Source: a virus
Reading direction: 5' to 3' (one strand)
Length of the DNA: 64,000 nt
IMG/VR virus record: IMGVR_UViG_3300027785_002095
A program made the position numbers and the translations under genes. How positions within the stretch are numbered: the first letter of the stretch is position 1; each line of letters begins with the position of its first letter. Positions 62,623 to 64,000 of this stretch are shown in pieces. The notes beneath the pieces were generated by a model that made no database searches, was not told the origin of the DNA, and worked only from the letters and a program-made list of their open reading frames with translations.

Positions 62623-64000
62623 AACGTGTAGCAATGATTGGATTAGGTAAGCTAGGCTTACCATGTGCCGAAGTAATGGCTGAACATTACGATGTGTGCG
62701 GATATGATATCAACACTGTAGACCCAACACTGACTGTAGCCATCAAAGGTTCCGTTGAAGAAGCTGTTAAAGGTGCTGACATTATTTTTGTTGCAGTACC
62801 TACTCCACACAATCCACAATACGGCGGAGAGACTCCGATCAGCAACATGACGCCATGTGACTTTGATTACACACCTGTTATCAAAGTTTTTCAACAAATC
62901 AATCCGCATGTGACACAAGATCAACTAGTTGTTTTAATCTCAACAGTGTTGCCCGGTACTGTACGTGATCAACTAATTGGTTACCTAACTAACGCACGTT
63001 TCATTTACAACCCATATCTTATTGCTATGGGATCTGTTAAGTGGGACATGGTTAATCCAGAGTGTCTTATCATTGGTACAGAAGATGGTAGTACAACAGG
63101 CGATGCACAAGAGCTAATTGAATTTTACAAGCCGCTAATGCAGAACGAACCCCGTGTTAACGTAGGCACATGGGACGAAGCCGAAGCTATTAAGATTTTT
63201 TACAACACATTCATCTCAGCCAAGATTGGTCTTGTCAACATGATTCAGGACGTAGCAGAAAAGAATGGCAACATCAACGTAGATGTGGTAACAGATGCGC
63301 TTAAAGCTGCCACACAGCGTATTACTGGGCCACGCTATTTGACAGCCGGCTTAGGTGACGCAGGTGCTTGCCATCCACGCGATAACATTGCTCTACGCTG
63401 GTTAAGCGGCAAGTTGGATTTAGGTTATGATATGTTCCATGCTATCATGAGTGCTCGCGACAGTCAAGCGCAGGCGATGGCAGGTAAATTAGTAAAACTT
63501 GCACAAGAAAACAACCTCCCGGTTGTGATTCACGGTAAAGCATACAAGCCATATGTTCCTTATACAATTGGCAGTTATAGTTTGTTGGTAGGGCACTTTG
63601 TTGAACATGCTGGTGTAGAGTTGTATTACGTAGATCCTCTCACTGGCGATGATACAGTTCCTGCTGGTCCAGCAGTTGTGCTAATGGCACACAATCCTGC
63701 TATCACGTATGCTGGGACCGGAGTTGAAGTAAAGGCAGATGAATTTTACTATGACATTGCCCCCGGTAGTATTCTTGTTGATCCGTGGCGCACAATTAAA
63801 GAGTTTCCAGGTTGCAAGGTAGTACACTATGGCAATCCCAAATTTAGTTTGCCAACTATCAATGGACGTATTTTAAATCCTGTAAACAAGTGCAACATCT
63901 TTGTTGAGTTGTATTCGCAGTTTAAATTTAGTTCTGACTTGGCCAAACCAATGACATATTTTGCATTGGCACCTGTAGAAGCAGTTAACAAAGATTTGGT
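62619..64000 (+). CDS. UDP-glucose/GDP-mannose 6-dehydrogenase family (runs off window end)
   Basis: MKRVAMIGLGKLGLP Rossmann start; active-site GLGDAGACHPRD (GGxCxxKD-like); ATGA overlap with the upstream stop; absent from ORF track because no stop in window. Confidence 0.65.
   Translation, partial: MKRVAMIGLGKLGLPCAEVMAEHYDVCGYDINTVDPTLTVAIKGSVEEAVKGADIIFVAVPTPHNPQYGGETPISNMTPCDFDYTPVIKVFQQINPHVTQDQLVVLISTVLPGTVRDQLIGYLTNARFIYNPYLIAMGSVKWDMVNPECLIIGTEDGSTTGDAQELIEFYKPLMQNEPRVNVGTWDEAEAIKIFYNTFISAKIGLVNMIQDVAEKNGNINVDVVTDALKAATQRITGPRYLTAGLGDAGACHPRDNIALRWLSGKLDLGYDMFHAIMSARDSQAQAMAGKLVKLAQENNLPVVIHGKAYKPYVPYTIGSYSLLVGHFVEHAGVELYYVDPLTGDDTVPAGPAVVLMAHNPAITYAGTGVEVKADEFYYDIAPGSILVDPWRTIKEFPGCKVVHYGNPKFSLPTINGRILNPVNKCNIFVELYSQFKFSSDLAKPMTYFALAPVEAVNKDL

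Noticed and set aside
1-64000. Integrase, attachment-site repeats, transposase or CRISPR array
   Set aside because: None seen; therefore no claim that this is an integrated prophage or that any block is a transposon. The GIY-YIG protein is the only nuclease-type candidate for mobility.

Overview
This 64-kb window is gene-dense and AT-leaning, with about 100 plausible genes, almost all on the + strand. It is punctuated by consensus sigma70-type promoters (TTGACx-N17-TATAaT) and clear intrinsic terminators.

The content looks like part of a large tailed-phage-like element of a Gram-negative host:
- collagen-repeat tail fibres, a second repeat-rich fibre and an S8 subtilase;
- a spanin-like membrane-protein/lipoprotein pair;
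- two GH19 lysozymes, a GIY-YIG protein and BhlA/holin-like proteins;
- several large proteins sharing an N-terminal M-(K/R)-L-R-E-L-L-x-E leader that resembles T4 capsid-targeting sequences.

No capsid, terminase, polymerase or integrase falls in this window, so virus versus chromosomal island cannot be settled from the sequence alone.

The region carries an unusual load of host-like genes: IF-1, a DnaJ-domain protein, peptide deformylase, ClpA, nitroreductase, a PaaI-type thioesterase, UvdE, GNATs, a TauD-like dioxygenase, a HiPIP-like ferredoxin, a papain-like peptidase, SPFH/band-7, a type IV pilin-like protein, LuxR and TraR regulators, a CHASE2 class III nucleotide cyclase with tandem 2OG-oxygenase-like paralogs and a GGCT-like protein, two radical SAM enzymes and a UDP-sugar dehydrogenase.

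The most striking cargo is an apparently complete curli-type module at 37.3-41.6 kb (CsgF-like, CsgG, two curlin-repeat proteins, a FecR-like secreted protein), embedded among virion/ejection-type genes. Other notable signals:
- a 4-gene inverted-strand cassette at 48961-49976 with two BhlA-like paralogs;
- a three-member paralog family sharing an NPITIT motif;
- a conserved promoter bearing a CTGG(A/T)CCAG palindrome;
- a 670-bp non-coding island at 44445-45115.

All coordinates derived by hand rather than from the ORF track may be off by a few nt.
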